Positions 27,661 through 38,609 of a stretch of 64,000 bases of DNA are shown piece after piece (position 1 is the first letter of the stretch; every line of letters begins with the position of its first letter). The position numbers and the translations under genes are program-made. Source of the stretch: Octopus bimaculoides (Eukaryota); NCBI RefSeq assembly GCF_001194135.2, contig NC_068984.1:60816809-60880808 (forward strand). The letters run 5' to 3'. The notes beneath the pieces were generated by a model. It saw nothing but the letters and a program-made list of their open reading frames with translations. It was not told where the DNA came from and searched no databases.

Positions 27661-28926
27661 TATTATTATCGATATTTTTCCTTATAATAATAATAATAAT
27701 AACTATTATTGTTTTATGAATACGACGATGGCAACAAGAACCAGCAGAAGCAGCAGCAGCAGTACCAGCAGCAGCACCACCACCACCACCACTACTACTA
27801 CTTCTACTACACCGTGGTTTATTTTCATTGAGCTCTGAATGTCGAAGACAGTAATTCATATAAACTGTTATATTTGTGGGGTCACCGGTTGAATTGAGTT
27901 ATGATTCCTTGTTTATCAAGCAAGTAAAACAAGCAAAATCAATACTTACCCAAGGTGTACTTTTGGGAGAAGCTCAACTCGGCGTCTGTGAGCAAATAAC
28001 ACACCGATTTCACAATAATTTCACAAGCCAGCAAGAAACCGTTTATATAAAGTCGCTTTACTAGTTAGAAATGGCAGCCATATTATCTCTCTCGCATCTT
28101 ACCTTATCGTCTAAGCAAAAAGGAAGAAGACAGGTAATGCAGATTCAAGGGTTTTATAACTGAAAATAAGTTTATCATGGCTCGAACGCTTTTGCTCAGT
28201 TAGAGAAGACCTAGGGCTTAATAATAATAAGAACAACATTACAAGGAACTGAAGCTGCAGCAGCAACGACAACAACAGTAACAGTAGCCACAACGGTGAT
28301 TCCACTTCTTATAGCAGCGAACTGTATTACATTGCGTTTACGATAACCAACCAGGTGAACAAAGATATTTGAGATTCGATATATCATGGTCCATGATATA
28401 TATTATGTCATTGTTAACAGCATATGAATTGCCCACATATTACCTTCATCTGGCAATTTGGCAACGTTTTAAATTTGGGCAACTGAAAATTCAATGGCGG
28501 ACTGACATCATATTAAAGTCATTCGAGGTTTTGATTTTTCAGAATAAGAATACTCAATATTAGTTATTAAAAAATTTTAACAGAGAGTGTAAACTCACAG
28601 GTTAAATAGTTGAAAATATTTTTCTTGGGATTTGTCAAGCTTAAATTAATCTTAAAATGACATTGCAGGCACGGGTTTATTGATTTTGACGGTGGGAGTG
28701 ATTATTTTTGATAAATATTAGTTTGAAACATTTTCAGTTAAGAATCTTATATTTCTTATTCAAATGACTAATATTTATTCATTGCACACGATGTTTACTT
28801 GCCAAGTAATCATATACAAAATACTATATATTTTGGTGGAGTTGGGGTAATTTATCTTGGAACTGTGTTGTAAGCAGGCTGAATAAATCAATTCAGCACA
28901 TCAGTGCTGTAGTACCGTATAAGAGT

Positions 28927-29165
28927 ATCTATCTATCTATCTATCTATCTATCTGTCTATCTGTCTGTCTGTCTGTCTGTCTGTCCGTCCGCCTGTCCGT
29001 CCGTCCGTCTGTCTAGTCTGTCTGTCTGTCCGCCTGTCTCTCTCACTCCCTTTCTTCCTCTCCCTCTCCCTCTCTCTCTCCCTCTCCCTCTCTCTCCCTC
29101 TCTCTCCCTCTCTCTCTCCCTCTCTTTCTCTCTCTCTATCTATGTTTCTATCTATCTTTCTCTCT
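28927..29165 (+). repeat. (TATC)n/(TGTC)n/(CT)n compound microsatellite
   Basis: Directly visible. Confidence 0.95.
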
Positions 29166-29347
29166 CCTTTTCCCCTATAAAGGCGTATGTATAAATAAAT
29201 TTACACACGCACACACACAAACACACACACACGTGCGTGTACAAATATGTGTAAACACATATGAGTATGTGTATGTATATATCTGTACGTTTATTATAAA
29301 TGTATGCATCTATACATATATACATGTATATATTTATGTATGATATT

Positions 29348-29390
<43 letters not shown>

Positions 29391-29439
29391 ATGTTTATGT
29401 GTAACGGTTTTTCTATCTANNNNNNNNNNATCTATCTTC

Positions 29440-29509
<70 letters not shown>

Positions 29510-29512
29510 ATC

Positions 29513-30635
29513 GGCAACTCCAACAACCCGGGTCAACGTTGAGCGACTGTATCACAACTAACACATTCTATAGTGGATTAGTGGAGGGAAGGTACGACGA
29601 CGATATCGAGGCGAACCTGGGCGTCGATGAGGAATACCTGACCCGCCTGTTTAAGACGACCTTCGGGCCGGGACCTATGGACAACTTCCAGAGATCCCTG
29701 GCCTGGCAGTGCTATCGAGAAGCACTACCCGTTCGGGATAAGCTCTACAGGCATGGCTCGAGAAACACGGGGCCGACCTGTCCAAGATGCGGGCAGAGCG
29801 ACGAAACCGTTCTGCACGCACTCGTACAGTGTCCNNNNNNNNNNNNNNNNNNNNNNNNNNNNNNNNNNNNNNNNNNNNNNNNNNNNNNNNNNNNNNNNNN
29901 NNNNNNNNNNNNNNNNNNNNNNNNNNNNNNNNNNNNNNNNNNNNNNNNNNNNNNNNNNNNNNNNNNNNNNNNNNNNNNNNNNNNNNNNNNNNNNNNNNNN
30001 NNNNNNNNNNNNNNNNNNNNNNNNNNNNNNNNNNNNNNNNNNNNNNNNNNNNNNNNNNNNNNNNNNNNNNNNNNNNNNNNNNNNNNNNNNNNNNNNNNNN
30101 NNNNNNNNNNNNNNNNNNNNNNNNNNNNNNNNNNNNNNNNNNNNNNNNNNNNNNNNNNNNNNNNNNNNNNNNNNNNNNNNNNNNNNNNNNNNNNNNNNNN
30201 NNNNNNNNNNNNNNNNNNNNNNNNNNNNNNNNNNNNNNNNNNNNGGAGCCACCTTGAGCATAACCCTATGAACTAGAAAAAAAAAATCCAGAAAAAAAAA
30301 CAAAAAGGCAAAAGAGAGTCACTTACTGTTATAGTTTCTTCAATGACAATATTGACCAAGTTTACCGTGGTCTTTTCCGTAGGCTTTTCTTTCCACGGCT
30401 AAACCTAAACTGTCCTCCCCTCTTTATACACGAGAACATTATTGTGATACACGATCCCTATTGATCGCTTTTTTTTTCCTCGATCCCTTTTGATCGAACT
30501 CCCCCCTTTTTCCTTTTCTACGATCCCTTTTGATCGCCACACCCCTACTTTTTTTTCCTTCCCCCTCCCAAAAAGAAAAGCTCTACATTGTATTTGTCCC
30601 ATCTTTGTTGAGCCCTGTGTGGCTAATAAAAGAAA
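29513..30635 (+). mobile_element. 5'-truncated Tx1/L1-clade non-LTR retrotransposon (ORF2 C-terminal zinc finger plus 3' UTR) inside (TATC)n
   Basis: Open frame 29513-29833 gives SLAWQCYREALPVRDKLYRHGSRNTGPTCPRCGQSDETVLHALVQC (zf-RVT-like CX2C...H...C); probable ORF end GATLSITL* at 30271 after the gap; AATAAA at 30625-30630; (TATC)n on both sides. Confidence 0.85.
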
Positions 30636-30742
30636 TGTATCTATCTATCTATCTATTTATCTATCTGTCTATCTATCTATACATAGATATATACTTCACT
30701 CGTTTAGTACTATTCCTATTCTCACTTCATGTCCATTGTCCA

Positions 30743-30780
30743 GAAATCTTTCGTCAAACATCTGTGACCTCCTCAGCAAC
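30743..30780 (-). ncRNA. Minimal hammerhead ribozyme-like motif (left-arm copy)
   Basis: CTGAGGA-G-GTCA(CAGATGTT)TGAC-GAA-AGATTT-C; stem I degenerate. Confidence 0.55.
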
Positions 30781-30864
30781 CCTTTCCGTCTTCATGTATG
30801 CTCTTTATTCTCTTGCTGATACGAATGTAATAAGCAGAGGAAGAGCACACACGAAGACGGAAAG

Positions 30865-30909
30865 TGTCGCTGTGGAGGTCACAGACATGTGACGAAAGAT
30901 TTCCGGACA
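30865..30909 (+). ncRNA. Minimal hammerhead ribozyme-like motif (right-arm copy, core variant CTGTGGA)
   Basis: TGTCG-CTGTGGA-G-GTCAC(AGACAT)GTGAC-GAA-AGATTT-C-CGGACA; stem I of 5 bp with a 1-nt bulge. Confidence 0.55.
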
Positions 30910-31057
30910 ATGGACATGAGTGAGAATAGCAACAGTAATCAACGAGTGAAGTATCTATAGTTCATGTGTTCATTTGGCGCACAAAAAGCGAAATACAACA
31001 ATATCTGTTTTAACACATGACTTCACATCAGGAATCTTGCAACACAAATTCATAAAC

Positions 31058-31092
<35 letters not shown>

Positions 31093-31096
<4 letters not shown>

Positions 31097-31319
31097 TCAC
31101 AGGATTATCGCTCAGACGTAGATGCACTCTACACCGCCAGCAGATTGCACACCCAGAATACCTTTTAGTGATCATATTGAGAAATGCGCAAAACAAATGC
31201 TACCACAATTTATAATCTTTCTTTTTTATCAACGTGCCATTAAAACACCAACACAGATTAGATTAAATAAGGAAACCTTTTTCATTCAAAAATACAAACC
31301 CAAACTTAACCATTGCTAA
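31093..31319 (+). mobile_element. Penelope-like element, GIY-YIG endonuclease C-terminal fragment
   Basis: TGLSLRRRCTLHRQQIAHPEY then, after a frameshift, SDHIEKCAKQMLPQFIIFLFYQ and KETFFIQKYKPKLN*, matching the Penelope EN pattern HRQQI...SEH...C...KE.FFI.KFKP.LN. Confidence 0.8.
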
Positions 31320-32424
31320 CACATTTAAATAAGGAAANNNNNNNNNNNNNNNNNNNNNNNNNNNNNNNNNNNNNNNNNNNNNNNNNNNNNNNNNNNNNNN
31401 NNNNNNNNNNNNNNNNNNNNNNNNNNNNNNNNNNNNNNNNNNNNNNNNNNNNNNNNNNNNNNNNNNNNNNNNNNNNNNNNNNNNNNNNNNNNNNNNNNNN
31501 NNNNNNNNNNNNNNNNNNNNNNNNNNNNNNNNNNNNNNNNNNNNNNNNNNNNNNNNNNNNNNNNNNNNNNNNNNNNNNNNNNNNNNNNNNNNNNNNNNNN
31601 NNNNNNNNNNNNNNNNNNNNNNNNNNNNNNNNNNNNNNNNNNNNNNNNNNNNNNNNNNNNNNNNNNNNNNNNNNNNNNNNNNNNNNNNNNNNNNNNNNNN
31701 NNNNNNNNNNNNNNNNNNNNNNNNNNNNNNNNNNNNNNNNNNNNNNNNNNNNNNNNNNNNNNNNNNNNNNNNNNNNNNNNNNNNNNNNNNNNNNNNNNNN
31801 NNNNNNNNNNNNNNNNNNNNNNNNNNNNNNNNNNNNNNNNNNNNNNNNNNNNNNNNNNNNNNNNNNNNNNNNNNNNNNNNNNNNNNNNNNNNNNNNNNNN
31901 NNNNNNNNNNNNNNNNNNNNNNNNNNNNNNNNNTATATATATACATATGTGTTTATATCTCACATCTGTTTTTCTATTATGATATTGTCAGCTTAGAAAT
32001 TGCAATCGAAAAGTCATGATTTGCACAAAACCGTGAAAATATAATGAGTAATGAAATGAATCATCATTTCTTGTATATATTACTAGAATTGAAAGCCGTA
32101 TGCATAATGACTGACCGAACGTATGTTGGGAACAGTTAGAACAAGAATACCGATTGGTTCTCTGTGACGCACTTCTTAAGTTGCCTGTAAAATTGCTGTT
32201 AGCTACTCTCTGTTACTGAACTAACAGCAAAATAATGTGCTTACTCAATGATATAGCATGTGTTACCTACTGAACTACTGAGAAATAGACAGATAGATTG
32301 AGAGAGAGGAGGAGAAAGAAGACAGAGAGAGAGAGAGAGATGAGAGAGAAAAGAAGAGAACGAGAGACAAATAGATAGATAGATAGATAGAAAACTTCAG
32401 GATTCTAACCACACTATTTTGGTA

Positions 32425-32860
32425 TTTGGGTAGCAACTGTTATTTCTTATTTGCTAACACCTAGAAAGTATGAGAAATGGATTATGTTTTCTTCAAACTT
32501 TGCTTTTCATGCAGTTATTCAAACTCAAAATAATCCCTCTCAACACAAGGGTATGATTCTCCCCGACTACTCCTGCTCATGATCAGAGAGGGACATATTC
32601 CCAGCCACTAAGGGCCATGCCCATGTGGTTATGGTCAAGCAACTGACAAGCAAATCTGTGGTACTGAGCAGAATATTTGCTACAATGATATTTCTGCTTC
32701 AGCAACTCAGCGTTGAATCTGTCTGAAACGTAATGGAAAATAGATCAATTTCAATACATTGATGCTCAGGTCACAGAAGCAAAGTTTGAAGGGAATAGTA
32801 GTCATTTCCTTTGATTTGTAGACAGAAGCAAATAGGAAATAACACTTACTGCCCGAAGAA
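32425..32860. mobile_element. Old MITE/foldback with about 80-bp imperfect TIRs enclosing a SINE-like segment
   Basis: 32428-32507 is a diverged reverse complement of 32775-32855 (aagcaaagtttgaag; agcaaata.gaaataaca). Confidence 0.55.
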
Positions 32861-33442
32861 ATACCCCACCCCCCAAAAAAAAATTATCGTGTTATTGCAA
32901 GTAAGAATGGGAAATATTTGTAATAGTTTAGATTAGACAATCTTGGAAAAGGTGGAATTGATATCCACANNNNNNNNNNNNNNNNNNNNNNNNNNNNNNN
33001 NNNNNNNNNNNNNNNNNNNNNNNNNNNNNNNNNNNNNNNNNNNNNNNNNNNNNNNNNNNNNNNNNNNNNNNNNNNNNNNNNNNNNNNNNNNNNNNNNNNN
33101 NNNNNNNNNNNNNNNNNNNNNNNNNNNNNNNNNNNNNNNNNNNNNNNNNNNNNNNNNNNNNNNNNNNNNNNNNNNNNNNNNNNNNNNNNNNNNNNNNNNN
33201 NNNNNNNNNNNNNNNNNNNNNNNNNNNNNNNNNNNNNNNNNNNNNNNNNNNNNNNNNNNNNNNNNNNNNNNNNNNNNNNNNNNNNNNNNNNNNNNNNNNN
33301 NNNNNNNNNNNNNNNNNNNNNNNNNNNNNNNNNNNNNNNNNNNNNNNNNNNNNNAAAAGTATTAGTGAAGGAGTGATATTTTTTTATGTATTTGAGAAAA
33401 CTGAGGAGAGAATGCCAAAAGATCTCAAACTAGACTTGCTGC

Positions 33443-33492
<50 letters not shown>

Positions 33493-34400
33493 ATAACGTA
33501 TGTATATATGCATATGGGCATTTATATATATGTGCGTGTGTACTTATATATTTATATACATATAAATATATGTATATATGTACATATATATATATGCATA
33601 TATGTATATATGTATATAAATATATTTATATATATACATATATATTTATAGATATATGCATATATATGTATGTATGTATATATACATGTATGTATGTATG
33701 TATGTATGTATGTATTAGTATGTGCTTGTTTGTTAAAACTATGCAACACGCAAATTAGATAAAAGAACTCAGTACTAGTTTGTAGTAGAGTAAATTAAAT
33801 TTATGGATATCTTTGTTCACAAACGTACCATTTGATTCGCTCTGCTGGAGTTTATCAAAATGTTTTGGAAAGCTTTATCGGAGCGAAACAAATTGTACGT
33901 GTGTCATCAACGATATCAATAAAAACATACATGCATACACATAAGTACACATACACATAAATGCATACATGAATACACATAAGTAAGAATTAATATGCAC
34001 ACACATATATGCATATATGTATGCATATATGTGCATATAAATATGCATATATGTACACACACACACGCATATATATATATATATATATATATNNNNNNNN
34101 NNNNNNNNNNNNNNNNNNNNNNNNNNNNNNNNNNNNNNNNNNNNNNNNNNNNNNNNNNNNNNNNNNNNNNNNNNNNNNNNNNNNNNNNNNNNNNNNNNNN
34201 NNNNNNNNNNNNNNNNNNNNNNNNNNNNNNNNNNNNNNNNNNNNNNNNNNNNNNNNNNNNNNNNNNNNNNNNNNNNNNNNNNNNNNNNNNNNNNNNNNNN
34301 NNNNNNNNNNNNNNNNNNNNNNNNNNNNNNNNNNNNNNNNNNNNNNNNNNNNNNNNNNNNNNNNNNNNNNNNNNNNNNNNNNNNNNNNNNNNCCATCATA

Positions 34401-34437
<37 letters not shown>

Positions 34438-34443
<6 letters not shown>

Positions 34444-34663
34444 TTTTGTGTGTCTGTGTTTGTCCCCCCCCAACATCGCTTGACAACCGATGCTGGTGTG
34501 TTTACGTCCCCGTAACTTAACGGTTCGGCTAATGAAACCGATAGAATAAGTACTAGGCTTACAAAGAATAAGTCCTGGGGTCGATTAGCTCGACTAAAAG
34601 GCGGTGCTCCAGCATGGCCACAGTCAAATGACTGAAACAAGTAAAAGAGTAAAGAGTAAAGAG

Positions 34664-34664
<1 letters not shown>
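34438..34664 (+). mobile_element. SINE family C, 3' half (5' half probably in the gap)
   Basis: gtcccccccaacatcgcttgacaaccgatgctggtgtgtttacgtccccgtaac through gcagtcaaatgactgaaacaagtaaaagagtaaagag-type tail. Confidence 0.92.
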
Positions 34665-34694
<30 letters not shown>

Positions 34695-35869
34695 ACTCCC
34701 CGCGTTGCAACCACCTCAGGTTATAGGATCTCGCGCTTACGGAAATTGTAAATTATGTGTACTAATTTCGCTTTTATAGTAAACTGGAGAAATTGGAAAA
34801 ATATTAACAACTACACTTTCTGCTTAGCCAAAAGGTCATTTCTCGGCATTTTACCTAAGATCAAAGTAGTTAATTAGAAAATCTATAATAATGACACACA
34901 GAATCGCGCGCGCGCGCACACACACACACACATGTGCATGTGTATATAAAAGTTTGTCATTACAAACACTTACTGAGTGTGACATGGAATATTTCACACT
35001 GATTATTTTTGTGTAGTTCGTGCATATTGCGTTCCAATGTCTATCTATCTATCTATCTATCTATCTATGTACTTGCCTGCCTGTCTACCTGTCTGTCTTT
35101 TTGTCTGTTTATCTATCTATCTATCTATCTATCTATCTGACATTCACCAACATCACTATCTATCATCAACAGACACACAAGCAGCATCAACACCCAAACT
35201 AATACAATCAAAGCCATTACTTACGCACCAACTCCCTAATGACCAAAAACAGGAACAACAATAGTATGAATAAGATAAACAGCTCCAAATGAAATGAGAT
35301 AAAACAACGGCATGAGATAAAGTAATACTCAAGCATATTTTGAATGTTGATTGGAATGTTATTGAAAAGTCAATGAAGTTTGGCTTTAGGCTAACAACAA
35401 CAACAATACCTACACCGAACACGAATAAACCAACACCATCATTACCAACACACTAACTTTTGAATAATCAATTGGTAATAAAAATAATAGTACCAACATG
35501 ATAGCTATATCTGTAGTTACATATGCTGAATGTCAATACAACAGTGCTTATGCGTGTGTAAGTAGAATGTAGAGTTTTATGGCTCAAGTTAGAAACGGAA
35601 GGAGCGAAGCGCTCATTAATCTAGTAACTCTTTAAGCATCTGTCATTGTGCAGGCCTTCCTCCCACCTCACTCCTTCACCTTTTCATTTTCACATTTCTG
35701 TTGTTATATCCATAGGAATAAGAAAAATATGTTGCTCTCACAAAACAACTGTTTCCTGATGCAGCTTTTCGCTTAATATTTGGTATTGATCACCATTGCT
35801 GCGGCATTTAACCCATAATCCAAGATGGATGGAAAGAAGCCATTAACGGAAGTTCAAGGACGTAGTGCA

Positions 35870-36490
35870 GAAAAGAACAGTAAACGGATTACACTGGATA
35901 TTACACTTGGTGTCTTAAGAAGAATTCATGTGGGAGAAAAAAAAATCAGCCACATTGCTAAAGATTAATGCCGACAGCCACTATAATAGGATCAATACGT
36001 GACAATAACAAAGAATTGAGAGAAGTGCTCAAGAAGTTACCCTGTTAAAACTGCTTGGACCTTATTTTTTCGTAGATCTAATGTGATGCTTAAAATGGGT
36101 GTACGGATTGAAAACCAGACTCTAGGTATTGCGCTGATTAGCACAACGGAAATTAAGAAAAGTCACAACTTTGTATGACGGTTTGCCGTAAAACGAAGGC
36201 GAAGCTTCTAATGAAAAATCTTTCCTGACTAGTAAATGCTTGTTCGAAAGGCTGAAGAAGCATGTGAATATGCATTACATGTTATTATTGACTCGTATCA
36301 GATGTTGATACAAGTTTACAAAAATGGTCTGACGCTCCTTGCGATGATATCAATTAAAGACCGCTCCTCGTGTACCACTTCCAAGGTTGCAAAAAATTTA
36401 ATTTGCCTGATTTGGCGTTTAAATAAGAAGGCGTGCATGACTAGGAACCTGTTTTGAAGAGAGGTTTACGAATTTCTCTTCGAATACTTT
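35870..36490 (+). pseudogene. Tigger/pogo (CENP-B-like) transposase relic; possible 5' TIR near 34690
   Basis: KRITLDITLGVLRRIHVGEKKISHIAK (N-terminal HTH), RRSNVMLKM, KNGLTLL, PLLVYH and WRLNKKACMTRNLF (DDE_1 region), in order, with stops and deletions. Confidence 0.85.
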
Positions 36491-36913
36491 TATGCTTAAA
36501 TATTTTACTGTGGATGTTTAGAAATTTTCTTTTTTCTGCATAAGATATGGTGCCTTTAGGCCTTGCTTTTCGTTATTTTTTGAAAATAACTGTAGGAACG
36601 CTGTTTCACTCTATAATATAAAAATTAACAAGAAAAATAATTTCGCGTTATGACAAATTTTTCTGGAGAGTAAATTAATCCCGTAAGATTGTTGCACAGA
36701 TATATATATNNNNNNNNNNNNNNNNNNNNNNNNNNNNNNNNNNNNNNNNNNNNNNNNNNNNNNNNNNNNNNNNNNNNNNNNNNNNNNNNNNNNNNNNNNN
36801 NNNNNNNNNNNNNNNNNNNNNNNNNNNNNNNNNNNNNNNNNNNNNNNNNNNNNNNNNNNNNNNNNNNNNNNNNNNNNNNNNNNNNNNNNGCACACGAATG
36901 CGCATATATATGT

Positions 36914-37234
36914 GTGAAGGTACATGGCTCAGTGGTTAGAGCGTCGCGAGGTTGTGAGTTCGAATCCCGGATCGGGTTGCGTGTTGTGTTCTTGAGCAAG
37001 ACACTTTATTCCACGTTTCTCCAATTCACTCAGCTGTAGAAATGAGTTGCGACGTCACAGGTGCCAAGCTGTATCACCCTTTGCCTTTCCCTTGGATAAC
37101 ACTGCTGGCGTGGAGAGGGAGGCTGGTATGCATGGGCGACTTCTGGTCTTCCATAAACAACCTTGCCCGGACTTGTGCTTCGGAGAGTAACTTTCTAGGT
37201 GCAATCCCATGGTCAATCATGACCGAAAGGGGTC
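36914..37234 (+). mobile_element. SINE family D (CORE-SINE), full length
   Basis: A box TGGCTCAGTGG, B box GAGTTCGAATCCC; 36981-37046 aligns by eye to the MIR CORE (TGTG..CTTGRGCAAGWCACTT...CTCA.CTGTA.AAATG). Confidence 0.9.
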
Positions 37235-37240
37235 ACAGCA

Positions 37241-37275
<35 letters not shown>

Positions 37276-37862
37276 TGAGGAGGGTATTGGATTTAACCAA
37301 TATATTTGACAAAAATGAGTGAAAAACTACAGAAGGCTTGTGTTATATGGTTAAAGTATATATTTAAATCGTTATATTAGAAAAATGTTATAAAATTTTG
37401 AGTATAGTAACATTGTTTTTGGAGAAATAACCAGTTTCGTATTTTCTTTTCAAATGTCACAAATTTCTTTACATATATCGTATCATGTCTTCGCTATGGT
37501 GTAACATATGAAGTTCCAGATAGGGGAAGGTAATCATATATGTATATATATATATACACAATATAAAGAAAATGGAAGGGAGCAAAATTGACATATAGTC
37601 ATTTACATCCTAATGGATGGAGAGTTCATTACAGACTGAATAGCAGCTTCTGTATGTAAGTGTGTGTCTTTGGATTCTGTTCTAAAAATAGCTAGATGTT
37701 AAACTACGACCATGGTGGAAATGGTTAGTTGCAGTTCTGAAGAACTAGGTATACTCCTATTCACCCTTATTGGTATTTAGATAGTTTTTTTAGAAGCTTG
37801 CTGCCACTCTTCTCTCTATTCATTTGTCAAGAGAATAAAGAATAAGAAATAAAAATTGATAT

Positions 37863-38355
37863 GCGTAGGAGTGGCTGTGTGGTAAGTAGTTAGCTTACCA
37901 ACCACATGGTTCCTGGTTCAGTCCCACTGCGTGGCACCTTGGGCAAGTGTCTTCTACTATAAGATTTACGATGCTTCTGCGGTAAGATACAGTGCACTCA
38001 GAGCGGAGTGTTTGTGCAGCTTAATGAAGAAACAGCTGTAAGCTAATGATATGGGTCACGTAATTCCTGTTCCCTTGTGAGTGGATTCGGTAGACGGAAA
38101 CTGAAAGAAGCCCGTCGTATATTTGTATATACATATGTATGTGCCTGTGTATGTTTGTGTGCCTGTGTTTGTCCCCCTAACATCGCTTGACAACCGATGC
38201 TGGTGTGTTTAGTTCCCCGTAATTTAGCGGTTCGGCACAAGAGACCGATAAAATAAGTACTACGATTACAAAGAATAAGTCCTGGGGTCGATTTGCTCGA
38301 CTAAAGGCAGTGCTGCAGCATGGCCACAGTCAAATGACTGAAACAAGTAAAAGAG
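37863..38355 (+). mobile_element. SINE family C, full length, with a ~110-bp foreign insertion
   Basis: Head gcgtaggagtggctgtgtggtaag and gggttcagtcccactgcg-like B box region; body resumes at cttgtgagtggattcgg after the insertion. Confidence 0.92.
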
Positions 38356-38609
38356 TATAAGTTAGTATCCAAATCTATTTACTTATTGCATATGAATATA
38401 AGAAACTCCCTTTCCCTAATTCATTTAATTTATTTATTTAGATATATCAGCTGATAGTAAAGATTTCAATGTGTATTCTTCTCTCCATCCTTTAGGTTAG
38501 TTAGAAGAAACTATCCATTCATTACGATGTAAATGAATATATATCAATTTTGCCCTGAATAGATTTTACCTTCTAAATTCATAATGCAATTTTAATTGTA
38601 AAATATGAA

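Larger units (their letters stand above)
30691..30954. mobile_element. Foldback element (about 125-bp arms, 15-nt loop) with a hammerhead core in each arm
   Basis: 30691-30817 is the imperfect reverse complement of 30833-30954. Confidence 0.9.

Noticed and set aside
28379-28401. 23-bp palindrome ATATATCATGG-T-CCATGATATAT
   Set aside because: Short, AT-rich and isolated; compatible with local strand-switch mutation.
36252-36283. CTGAAGA-A-GCAT/ATGC stem followed by an ACATGT palindrome
   Set aside because: GAAA and stem I are missing, and it lies inside Tigger transposase coding sequence (gct gaa gaa gca).
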